Positions 29,041 to 37,995 of a DNA stretch of 64,000 bases are shown here, one piece after another (the first letter of the stretch is position 1; each line of letters starts with the position of its first letter). Source of the DNA: an uncultured virus (IMG/VR IMGVR_UViG_3300025070_000011) (Duplodnaviria; Heunggongvirae; Uroviricota; Caudoviricetes); IMG/VR virus record IMGVR_UViG_3300025070_000011. One strand, 5' to 3'. The translations under genes were made by a program, and so were the position numbers. Below the pieces are notes generated by a model that saw only the letters and a list, made by a program, of their open reading frames with translations, ran no database searches and was not told the DNA's origin.

Positions 29041-30192
29041 ATGCCAGACACTACGCCTGGAGTTACTCAACGAAATTATAATACTGGCGACCTTGACTTT
29101 GTGACGGTTCCGCCTAGATTGAAAAAACCCTTTTTTTATAAGTTTCCGATGGATACTGCTAAAAATATCACAGATGCCCAGAAAGGGGCGGCAAGTCGAG
29201 CCCTCACCGGCAGGGACTCAACAATTGGCGGCGGTGGTGGAGCAGGGACAGGATCTGGTGGCAGCGACACGATGCATACCGTCAGGATAACTGCCATTGG
29301 TGGCGGCGGAGGAGGGGGTGGTGGTGACTCGGCTTCTTCCAGCAAAGCGGCCAAGAGTAATGCCAGTGGTGCCAGTAATCAACTTGGCGGCAACAGTAAT
29401 GCTTCTTCTTCAGCTGAATCTGGCGGCGGCGGAGGAGGCGGTGGCGGCGCAGGCAATGGAGTTAATCTGTCTGATGGTGGAGCCGGCAATGGTCCTTCTG
29501 CAGCTGGTTCGGCAATCCCCTCTGGTACAGGTAGAACTCTGGGGACTATGGAATTTATCTTGACAAACTCCCCAGAAAACAGAATGTCTGCACAGTGGGA
29601 TGGAACCGACTTTGGTCTCTTGGGCGCCGCGTTGGAAAGTTATAGAAAAGGTAACACGATGCTGGATACCCTAGAACAGATTTCCAAGGACGGTTTGGGG
29701 GAAATGACAGAAGCCGCGATAAGGAGGGCTGCTGGATTGGCCACTACTGTTAAACAATTAGCTCTGGGTGGCACGGCACCGGATATGATTTCCGCTGCTA
29801 CTAGAAAAGTGGAAAACCCCTTTAGGGAACAGTTGTTTAAAACCATGAACTTCAGAACATTTCCCATGCAGTTTAAAATTGCTCCATCTAGTGCTGCGGA
29901 AGCCTCTCAGGTACAAAACGCTATTAGGGAATTGGAAAGACACATGCACCCAGAAAAAACTCCTGTGTTTTTGATCTATCCATCAGAATTTAAAGTAGAA
30001 TTTATGTATGGTGGGGGGAAAAATAAGTTTTTGCCAACCGTAAACTCTTGTATTTTGACCGACATGAACGTGCAATATGGTCACGGCGGATTCATGACCA
30101 GTTTTGCTAATTCACAAGGTACTCCAACAGAAATCACTATAACTCTCTCGTTCAAAGAAGTCTTTACGAGAGACAGAAGTCATATTGATTAA
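29041..30192 (+). CDS. gp48: Baseplate tail-tube cap gp48 with a Gly/Ser-rich insertion
   Basis: NPFREQLF....FRTF...F...P.S..E, YPSEF, CILTDMNV.Y, LSFKE. Confidence 0.85.
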   Translation: MPDTTPGVTQRNYNTGDLDFVTVPPRLKKPFFYKFPMDTAKNITDAQKGAASRALTGRDSTIGGGGGAGTGSGGSDTMHTVRITAIGGGGGGGGGDSASSSKAAKSNASGASNQLGGNSNASSSAESGGGGGGGGGAGNGVNLSDGGAGNGPSAAGSAIPSGTGRTLGTMEFILTNSPENRMSAQWDGTDFGLLGAALESYRKGNTMLDTLEQISKDGLGEMTEAAIRRAAGLATTVKQLALGGTAPDMISAATRKVENPFREQLFKTMNFRTFPMQFKIAPSSAAEASQVQNAIRELERHMHPEKTPVFLIYPSEFKVEFMYGGGKNKFLPTVNSCILTDMNVQYGHGGFMTSFANSQGTPTEITITLSFKEVFTRDRSHID

Positions 30193-30202
30193 GGAATAAA
30201 AA

Positions 30203-30709
30203 ATGTTTTTTGACAAATTTCCTCTGACCGACTATGTTATTGATAATTCATCTTTTAGTGTAGATGATATCTTTCTCAGAGTTGCCCCAAACGACAAGCT
30301 TAGTGAATCCCTATCTCTGGAAACTTATGCACTCAGGGATGGACAAACTCCTGAGTCACTTTCATATGACTATTATGGATTCACAAGATACTATTGGACA
30401 ATATTGTTGGCGAATAACATTATTAACCCATACCATGAATGGCTAAAGTCTTCTGACGATTTGTACTCTTATGCCATAGATAAATATGGTAGTGCGGAAA
30501 TGCTAAGAGTCCCACATCACTACGTTTTTGCGGATACCGATGTGCGGGTAGACTTTGACCAACATAGCGGCGAAGGCAACATGATTATTCCTGTGACAAA
30601 CTATGAGTATGAAGTTGCCGAAAACGAAAAAAAGAGATTAGTAAAACTCATAAAAAAAGACTTAATAGAAAAATTCGCAAGACAATTTGAAAACCTTTTG
30701 AGAAACTAA
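30203..30709 (+). CDS. gp53: Baseplate wedge protein gp53
   Basis: MFFDKFP, TPESLSYDYYG...YW.ILL.N.I.NP..EW, HHY, VTNYEYE..ENEKKR. Confidence 0.9.
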   Translation: MFFDKFPLTDYVIDNSSFSVDDIFLRVAPNDKLSESLSLETYALRDGQTPESLSYDYYGFTRYYWTILLANNIINPYHEWLKSSDDLYSYAIDKYGSAEMLRVPHHYVFADTDVRVDFDQHSGEGNMIIPVTNYEYEVAENEKKRLVKLIKKDLIEKFARQFENLLRN

Positions 30710-30712
30710 ATA

Positions 30713-32116
30713 ATGGCTAAAGAAGAAATCCGTCAAACACCCGGCCGATTTAAACCCAATACAATTACCCTGTCTGCTTCTGGTGGGACGCAGGACTTAA
30801 AGTTTTTTGCTCTGGAAGTAATCATCTATGAGAACGTTTTGTCGAATTGTATTTTTGCTGACGTTTCAATCGGTGATTCAAAAAACCTCATTAAAGAATT
30901 GCAACTTAGAGGTGGTGGTGCAAATGAAAAGGTAAAGATAAGTTTTCAGTCCGATTATCCAAACAGGGGTGATCCTCTAACTTTTGAATTCATCGTCGCC
31001 GGAATTGAAAATAGGTCAACTAAAGAAGACAGGGAACAATTCTACGTTCTAAAGTGCATATCAGAAGAAGGATATAATGATGCTAGTAGGGTTGCCACAA
31101 AAAGATTTGATGGCGAACCACAGGCGGTCTTACAACAAATTTATGATGAGTTTGTAAGTATTGGCAAGGGGTTGGATTTCTTTGGGGTGACATTTAAGAA
31201 ACCAGAGTTTGTTATGACTGCAAACTACTGGTCTGGGTTTAGGGCGATGAACTACGCCTGCAAACAGAACGCACCCAATCTTCCCTATATGTTGAACGTT
31301 TTATTCTTTCAAAGTGACAAGAAAAACTACTGTACTAGTCTGTCACGAATGAGACATGTTTACAAGTCTTCAAGACTTTTGTATGATTATTTTGAATACG
31401 TTCCAAACTTAGATTCGGAATCAGGTAATAATAGACCATCTGGGTATAGTTATATACACCCGTTTATTCACCCAAGTTTTAATGTAATGCAGGGTCTGTC
31501 AGCACCAGTTTATAGTAACGTAATCGGCGACTTGAACAACGGTTTCATGGGAACGCTTGGTATTGGTTTCGACATGATGAAGAGACTGCCTTATCACATG
31601 ATGTTTGATTACACGCCGAATCAGGCGGGTGTTCCTGGCTTGCCTCCGGTTGCAGGAAACAAGGCTCTTATCAAAGAGAAGTTTGGCAGTTTCCACCACC
31701 TCGCCGATGGTGGGATCAACCCGATTCACGATCAAGTAAAATTCCATCCCTACTCAAACATCAGAATGAAACTTGGCAATCATAATCTCTGGGACGACAA
31801 AGAATTTGGATACGAAAAAAAGTTTTTCCAAGATACCGTTTATAGAGATACTGGTATGCAAGAGATTGTCAGAAATCAAATAAGCATCTCGGTGAACGGC
31901 AGGACAGATGTTGATTTGGGACAGTTAGTTTATTTGAGATTCCCAGATGTAGGTCCAAAGGGTATGGGGGTAGCAAATGAGGGCGCCCAAGTAGAAGACA
32001 AAAAGACTTCTGGTTTATATCAGATCGTTGGTATCAGACACGAATTTAAGTTTGGTGATGAGTTTGACCACCGTATGAAACTAGAGTGTATTAGAGACTC
32101 GCATGAGGAACCTTAA
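30713..32116 (+). CDS. Probable baseplate hub protein (gp27-like)
   Basis: Lies between gp53 and gp5; 'IYENVL...V.IGDS.NLI', C-terminal 'SGLYQIVGIRHEF'. Confidence 0.6.
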   Translation: MAKEEIRQTPGRFKPNTITLSASGGTQDLKFFALEVIIYENVLSNCIFADVSIGDSKNLIKELQLRGGGANEKVKISFQSDYPNRGDPLTFEFIVAGIENRSTKEDREQFYVLKCISEEGYNDASRVATKRFDGEPQAVLQQIYDEFVSIGKGLDFFGVTFKKPEFVMTANYWSGFRAMNYACKQNAPNLPYMLNVLFFQSDKKNYCTSLSRMRHVYKSSRLLYDYFEYVPNLDSESGNNRPSGYSYIHPFIHPSFNVMQGLSAPVYSNVIGDLNNGFMGTLGIGFDMMKRLPYHMMFDYTPNQAGVPGLPPVAGNKALIKEKFGSFHHLADGGINPIHDQVKFHPYSNIRMKLGNHNLWDDKEFGYEKKFFQDTVYRDTGMQEIVRNQISISVNGRTDVDLGQLVYLRFPDVGPKGMGVANEGAQVEDKKTSGLYQIVGIRHEFKFGDEFDHRMKLECIRDSHEEP

Positions 32117-32118
32117 TA

Positions 32119-34404
32119 ATGAAACAAGGTAGATATCCAGAATTTTCGTGGTGGCAGGGTGTTGTAGAGGACAGGGATGACCCTGCTCTGATGGGAAGAT
32201 ATCGTGTCCGCATTTTGGGATACCACACTCAGAACAAAGAGAAGTTGCCTACTGCACATCTTCCTTGGTCTATTCCCATGCAACCAATTTCTTCTGCCGC
32301 TATTTCTGGCATTGGAACTTCACCGACAGGATTGGTTGAGGGTTCTTCTGTTATGGGATTTTTTGCAGATGGACATGAAGGCCAGATTCCTGTTATCATG
32401 GGATCGTTTGGTGTTACCTCACACTTGCCAAGAGAAGACGAAACTGGTGCGGTATTACCTATCGACAGAAGTCTCGTAGGATTCTATGATCCAAAAGGTA
32501 CACACCCACACTATCGATATCCAAAGAGAAAGGTTACAAACAAACAGAAACCAGAACCAGCAGATGGTGTCACTCACTCGAGCGGTAGACCCAGAGAAAA
32601 CCCAGAGTACAGTGATGATGGCGATGATGTTGGTGAGAACATCTTGCAGGAAGCGGATTCTTCCCGACTTTCTAGGGGTGTCCCAGGCGAACAACCTCAC
32701 GTTGAAGAACACTACTCTCTAAAGGGTAAGAGAGAGAGTCGAATCACGGATATACCAATTGCTATGCCCAACCTTGTTAGTGGCGGCACAAAACCGAAGG
32801 GGTTTACTCATCCAGCTGGACCGGAATTCGGTGAATCTATTGAAATCAAAGACGTAGATTTTGGAATTCGATTCTGGAACGAACCACATCCTCAGCAAAC
32901 TCCTCCTGATTTTACCGCCGAAGCAGAAAAATCAAAGTCAAAGTATCCATTCAACCATGTTACGGAAACTGAATCTGGTCATGTATTTGAAGTTGACGAT
33001 ACGTTGGGCGCAGAAAGAATTCATGAGTATCACCGCACCGGAACTTTTTATGAGGTTCAACCAACTGGTGATAAAGTCACGAAGGTTGTGGGTGATGATT
33101 TTGAAATCGATCTAAAAAACAAATTGATATACATCAAGGGTGATTATACAATGACCGTTGATGGCGACTACTTCTTGAATGTCAAGGGTAGTAAAGTAGA
33201 ACATATTAGTGGTCACTGTTTCCAGACTGTAAGAGGAACTAGAGTCACTAAGGTCCAAGGTAACGACGAACTAGACGTTGAAAGTACTTCTCATACTCAC
33301 ATCAGGGGAAACAGAAATGTCCAGATTGGTTCTCAGGACGAAAAACAAGCAACGGTATCAAATGATTCTTTAAGAATAACTGGTGATAGAAATGTTAGAG
33401 TCAGAGGTAAGATGAAGAACATCGCTATATCTGACAGAAAAGATATCACATTTGGAAACCACAAAATAAACGTATTTCCAAAGTATGAAAATGATTTAAG
33501 AGAAATTCTGAAGACGAGTGCAAGTGCTGTTGGGGATACAATAAAAGGTGGACCCAGTGATGAAAAGGCAGAGCTGGGTGAACGTGAATTAAAGAGAAAG
33601 TCTAAACTGGAACTTTTTGCACAACAGGATGTTTCTATTGCTACAAGTCCTGTTCCAGACATCGCCTATCCACTAAATCCGTTACCATCAGTTAGTATTG
33701 TTACTATGAGATATAACTTGGCTGCAACAATGGACCTATATGAAAAGATTGGACCTACTTCCATGTTTACTGGTGCTGCGTCTATCATTGTAAAGCCAGG
33801 ATTTGCAACAAGACAGGTGAGTGTTGGAATCAACAATATTCAAGGTGTTGATACCGGACTCTTTACTATTCTGCCTGGCATTCAGAACTTTGTTACTGCT
33901 GGTGGAATTACCAATAATGTTCTGTTGGGTGGTATTCACAGCAACGTATTCGGCGGTGTTATGACAAATACTTTGGCTGCTGGTGGAATATTCAACACGA
34001 TACTTACTGTTGGTGGAATTAATAATTATGTTACTTCTGGAGGAATTAACAGTACCGTGGCCGCTGGCGGAATCTTCAACAATGTTCTTGGTGGTAGTTA
34101 TCATACTCTTGTCGCAGTAGGTGCAATTGTTTCTACTGCTGTTGTCGGATTAAATGTTATCACTGGTGGGGCGGGTGTTGCGCTTAACTCTGCTGCTGCG
34201 ATTGCCAGTACTGCTGGTGGGGCGATCACAAATACTGCGGCAGGAGCTGTTGCTATTCAGGCCGGCGCGGCCGCAACAATGACTGCGGTTGGTGCGGTTA
34301 CTGTGACCGCGACAGGTGCTGGAATATTCGCTGGTGGCACACAAACTACATTGGGTGGCCTAGGGGCGACCGATATCAATGGTAGTGTCATTAATATTGG
34401 TTAA
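32119..34404 (+). CDS. gp5: Baseplate central spike gp5 (OB-fold plus beta-helix, no lysozyme domain)
   Basis: WWQGVVEDR.DP..MGR.RVRI.G.H, LPW, GFF.DG...Q.P, YPFNHV.ETESGH..EVDDT.G.ERIH..HRTG, VxGx repeats. Confidence 0.92.
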   Translation: MKQGRYPEFSWWQGVVEDRDDPALMGRYRVRILGYHTQNKEKLPTAHLPWSIPMQPISSAAISGIGTSPTGLVEGSSVMGFFADGHEGQIPVIMGSFGVTSHLPREDETGAVLPIDRSLVGFYDPKGTHPHYRYPKRKVTNKQKPEPADGVTHSSGRPRENPEYSDDGDDVGENILQEADSSRLSRGVPGEQPHVEEHYSLKGKRESRITDIPIAMPNLVSGGTKPKGFTHPAGPEFGESIEIKDVDFGIRFWNEPHPQQTPPDFTAEAEKSKSKYPFNHVTETESGHVFEVDDTLGAERIHEYHRTGTFYEVQPTGDKVTKVVGDDFEIDLKNKLIYIKGDYTMTVDGDYFLNVKGSKVEHISGHCFQTVRGTRVTKVQGNDELDVESTSHTHIRGNRNVQIGSQDEKQATVSNDSLRITGDRNVRVRGKMKNIAISDRKDITFGNHKINVFPKYENDLREILKTSASAVGDTIKGGPSDEKAELGERELKRKSKLELFAQQDVSIATSPVPDIAYPLNPLPSVSIVTMRYNLAATMDLYEKIGPTSMFTGAASIIVKPGFATRQVSVGINNIQGVDTGLFTILPGIQNFVTAGGITNNVLLGGIHSNVFGGVMTNTLAAGGIFNTILTVGGINNYVTSGGINSTVAAGGIFNNVLGGSYHTLVAVGAIVSTAVVGLNVITGGAGVALNSAAAIASTAGGAITNTAAGAVAIQAGAAATMTAVGAVTVTATGAGIFAGGTQTTLGGLGATDINGSVINIG

Positions 34405-34415
34405 GGAATAGTCAT

Positions 34416-35351
34416 ATGGTAGGAATTTTTATAACAACTCCACCTTTTCCTGGCAAGAAAGACTCACCAAATTCTTCTGCGTCGAAGGACAAGGTGTCTG
34501 GCATCAAACCAGCAAAGCCTAGGGTTCCAATTGAAGTTGGGGTGCCCGATGTAGATAAGGAGCTCGTCGGGCCGCCAGAAGACGATCCTCTTGCATACCC
34601 ATACTCTAGCGAATCGATTGATAAACAGATCGATGAAATCGCTGCGATGGAAAATCCATGTAATGCGGTTGGTGAATTCTTTGAAGAGTTATCAGATCAA
34701 ATCGATGAACTTTCTGAGCAATTTGACGAACTAGTAGATTTGTTAGTCGATAAAATATCCAACTTCTTGGGTATTCCCGCAATTGTTGTTAAGTGGGTCG
34801 TTGACTATGCACTGTTCAGAGCTGGTCTCAAGAAAGACTTTCAATCGGAAGATGTGTTCAAAGAGATTCAAGCCATGGGGGCGGGGGTAGGCGAAGGTGA
34901 GGGCACTGGAGGAGAGCCAAGTGTCGGCGGCGGACCTTCTTTCACAGATGAGTTAAAAGCTCTGTATAAACTGGGAGTGGATTCTTATAATTTCCAAAAA
35001 GAAGTTAAAAGAATGCAGAAGAAGTGGGGCGGATTTGATCCTAGTCTGGACCAGATTCTTGCGAATCCATCTGGATTTATAAGAGCTCTCGGTTCTGATT
35101 TTGAACGACTTTGCAATATGATCCCAAAATATGAGGCCGACAAGAAGGGGGGCGTCAAGGTAACCAGCGAACAATTTGGTCTTGGATTCCCAATTCCTCT
35201 GAAAGAAATATTAGAAGAGGGCGCCTCTCCTTGGATTACAAAATTATTAGATGCTTTAGAAGACTTGGATTTCAGTGGTCTAGAGGCGCATGAACATTAT
35301 GACAAAATCAAAGATGAAGCTGATGACAAATGTTCCTGCGGTGACCTCTAA
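34416..35351 (+). CDS. Hypothetical protein (gp5.1 position)
   Basis: 311-aa ORF with SD in the baseplate operon. Confidence 0.7.
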   Translation: MVGIFITTPPFPGKKDSPNSSASKDKVSGIKPAKPRVPIEVGVPDVDKELVGPPEDDPLAYPYSSESIDKQIDEIAAMENPCNAVGEFFEELSDQIDELSEQFDELVDLLVDKISNFLGIPAIVVKWVVDYALFRAGLKKDFQSEDVFKEIQAMGAGVGEGEGTGGEPSVGGGPSFTDELKALYKLGVDSYNFQKEVKRMQKKWGGFDPSLDQILANPSGFIRALGSDFERLCNMIPKYEADKKGGVKVTSEQFGLGFPIPLKEILEEGASPWITKLLDALEDLDFSGLEAHEHYDKIKDEADDKCSCGDL

Positions 35352-35356
35352 AAGAG

Positions 35357-35364
35357 TATAAATA
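35357..35364 (+). promoter_or_regulatory. T4-type late promoter
   Basis: TATAAATA immediately upstream of gp25. Confidence 0.75.
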
Positions 35365-35369
35365 GTATC

Positions 35370-35774
35370 ATGCCTATAACACAAAACAATCCGACGAAGA
35401 TTTATAAAGATATCGATATATCTTTTACAAGAAATCCGAATACACTGGACATCTCAAAGAAGGTGGATGTTTCTGCTGTGAAACAAGCTTTGAAATTGTT
35501 ACTCAATACACAGTATTATGAAAAACCATTCAACCCAGAATTCGGAAGTAACATAAGATCATTATTGTTTGATAATTTTAGCAATGAGACTTCTTCTAGA
35601 TTGCAGGATGAGATAAAAACTACAATCGATAACTTTGAACCCAGAGTGCGTATCGAATCAATATTGTGTGACCCCAATCTTGACACGCTGGAATATGATA
35701 TAGTTATTTCATTTTTTATTATTGGTATACAGGGTGTGCAAACATTAGAAACTGTCTTGGAGAGGTTGAGATAA
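35370..35774 (+). CDS. gp25: Baseplate wedge subunit gp25
   Basis: YKDID.SF..NP...D, AVKQ....LL.T..YEKPF.PEFGS, FEPRV, LERLR. Confidence 0.93.
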   Translation: MPITQNNPTKIYKDIDISFTRNPNTLDISKKVDVSAVKQALKLLLNTQYYEKPFNPEFGSNIRSLLFDNFSNETSSRLQDEIKTTIDNFEPRVRIESILCDPNLDTLEYDIVISFFIIGIQGVQTLETVLERLR

Positions 35775-36067
35775 TGGCATTTATTTGGATTGCTCCGGGC
35801 CTTACTTTTAACGCAACCGAGGGGAATGGTGCAATTACTCCCATTCCTTGCAACGTTACTATTAATGGTAGTACACCAATTCTTGAGGGTAGCGTTGTAG
35901 CACCACACGGCACTCACACGGCGCCAATAACAATAGATACTAATTTGGGTCCGTCTACAGTCCTAATCAACGGTTTAAGAATCGCAACACAGAGTTCTGC
36001 TGCATCATGCGGAGATGGTATTGATCCTGCTGCGCCCAAAACACTTTCTACAACTGTAACAATATAA
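35774..36067 (+). CDS. PAAR-like spike tip protein (gp5.4-like)
   Basis: 97 aa; NVTING.P....G....PHG.H, STVLING..IA, SCGD. Confidence 0.75.
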   Translation: MAFIWIAPGLTFNATEGNGAITPIPCNVTINGSTPILEGSVVAPHGTHTAPITIDTNLGPSTVLINGLRIATQSSAASCGDGIDPAAPKTLSTTVTI

Positions 36068-36081
36068 TAAGGTAAAATAAG

Positions 36082-37995
36082 ATGGCAGTTAAGAATGTCA
36101 CAGAATTAGACTACGAAAGAATTAGGAGTAGTCTACGAACCTTTTTGCAGAATCAGGATGAATTCTCAGACTACAATTTTGAAGCGTCTGGACTTTCTAC
36201 TCTTGTGGACTTACTTGCATATAACACGCACTACAATGCGGTACTTGCACACATGGTTTCAAACGAAGCCTTTCTTGATTCTGCTGTAAAAAGAAACTCG
36301 GTTGTATCCATTGCTAAGACTATGGGGTATACCCCCAGATCGGCTCGAGCGGCCGCCGCTGTTATGAATATCACCGTATTCCCCTCATCCTTGTACACTA
36401 GTTCTACGTTGACTCTGCAAAAGGATAAACTTTTTTCTAGTAGCGTCAACGGCATTTCTTATAATTTTATTCCATCAGAAGATTATACCGTAACAAAATC
36501 GGTGATAGATGATGTGCCAGCATTTAGATTTGAAAATGTCAGGTTGGTTGAAGGAACAAGAACCACCACTTCAGAAATTATTAACAGTTTAAATTTTTCT
36601 GGACCAGTTGTTCTGATAAACGATAATGTAGACACTACTACAATTAGGGTTAGAGTCCAGAATTCCATTTCAAATCAATCTACGGAAACATTTACCGTTG
36701 CATCTAATGTATTAGAAGTTACATCAACCTCAAGCGTTTTTTATATTGAAGAAAGAACAGACGGGTATTATCAAATTCTATTTGGTGATGGTGTTCTTGG
36801 TAAAAAATTAGAAGCTGGTAATATCGCAATCGTAGATTATATAGTTACTAACGGTTCTCTTGCTAACGGTGCTAGAGTATTTAACTACCCGTCCAATCTC
36901 ACTGGAACCGGCGAGACAATCAATGGTACTTTAGTTGATGCATCAGCCGGCGGATTTGAAGCGGAAACTGCTGACAGTATAAGATTTAACGCTCCTCGTT
37001 TCAATGCTGCAAAGGGAAGGACAATAACAAAAACGGATTACGAAACAACAATTAAAAACTCTAATCCAAATATCAAGTCCGTGTCAGTCTGGGGTGGGGA
37101 AGATAACATTCCTGCCATTTACGGCAAAGTGTTTATTTCAATGCAACCACAACAAGGATATGTAATCAGTGACGCAGACAAACAAACTATTCTTAATGGT
37201 GTACTAGAACCAAGAATGCCGGTTGGACTACTTCCAGAATTTGTTGACCCAGAATATGTACAGTTGGGATTGGGAGTTACTGCCACATTCGATGATAAAC
37301 TTACAACGTTGTCTTCTGATGCACTTAAATCTTTGATTGTTGCTCGGATAGAAAATTTCTTTGACGCTCAAGTTAATCAGTTAAAAAAGAACTTCTATCT
37401 TTCCAAACTGACTAGAGAGATTGGATTGGTTTCTGATTCTATTGTTGCGACTAACGTTGAGATGAGACTTATTAAGAAGATTGCTCCCACATACTCAACC
37501 AGTACTAGATATGAGGCAACGTTCAATAACAAAATTATGCCTTTAGCAATAAGATCAAATTATTTTACTGTAAATCTAAATGGTTCTAGGACAGAAGTGT
37601 CTCTGGGTGATGTACCCAATCCAACCGTTGTTGCTCCAGTATACAGTGGTACAGGTACACTCGTTCTCAAAAGTAAGGCGACAGGAGAGATTTTGGCGCA
37701 GGATGTTGGTACAGTAGATTATGATACAGGAAAGATTGATATCACTGGTATCATCATTGAAAACATTACTGGTCTTGCTAACAACGAATTGAGAATTATC
37801 TGTACTCCACATGAATCTGCTAGAAATATATCGGTTGATATTCTTGTTAGGTCAACAGAAGAAGCAGATTACGCGGTTGAAGCTTTCCCTGCTAAGAATA
37901 TTATTTTGCAGTTGGATGATTCTTCTGAAGATGTTGTTGCTAATATTAGACGGGGACTATCAGTAACAATGATCCCAAGAGTATCCGATGAATAA
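36082..37995 (+). CDS. gp6: Baseplate wedge subunit gp6
   Basis: ELDYE.IR..L..FL..Q.EF.DYNFE.SGL..L.DLLAYNTHYN, FGDGVLG, WGGEDN.P..YGKVFIS. Confidence 0.95.
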   Translation: MAVKNVTELDYERIRSSLRTFLQNQDEFSDYNFEASGLSTLVDLLAYNTHYNAVLAHMVSNEAFLDSAVKRNSVVSIAKTMGYTPRSARAAAAVMNITVFPSSLYTSSTLTLQKDKLFSSSVNGISYNFIPSEDYTVTKSVIDDVPAFRFENVRLVEGTRTTTSEIINSLNFSGPVVLINDNVDTTTIRVRVQNSISNQSTETFTVASNVLEVTSTSSVFYIEERTDGYYQILFGDGVLGKKLEAGNIAIVDYIVTNGSLANGARVFNYPSNLTGTGETINGTLVDASAGGFEAETADSIRFNAPRFNAAKGRTITKTDYETTIKNSNPNIKSVSVWGGEDNIPAIYGKVFISMQPQQGYVISDADKQTILNGVLEPRMPVGLLPEFVDPEYVQLGLGVTATFDDKLTTLSSDALKSLIVARIENFFDAQVNQLKKNFYLSKLTREIGLVSDSIVATNVEMRLIKKIAPTYSTSTRYEATFNNKIMPLAIRSNYFTVNLNGSRTEVSLGDVPNPTVVAPVYSGTGTLVLKSKATGEILAQDVGTVDYDTGKIDITGIIIENITGLANNELRIICTPHESARNISVDILVRSTEEADYAVEAFPAKNIILQLDDSSEDVVANIRRGLSVTMIPRVSDE

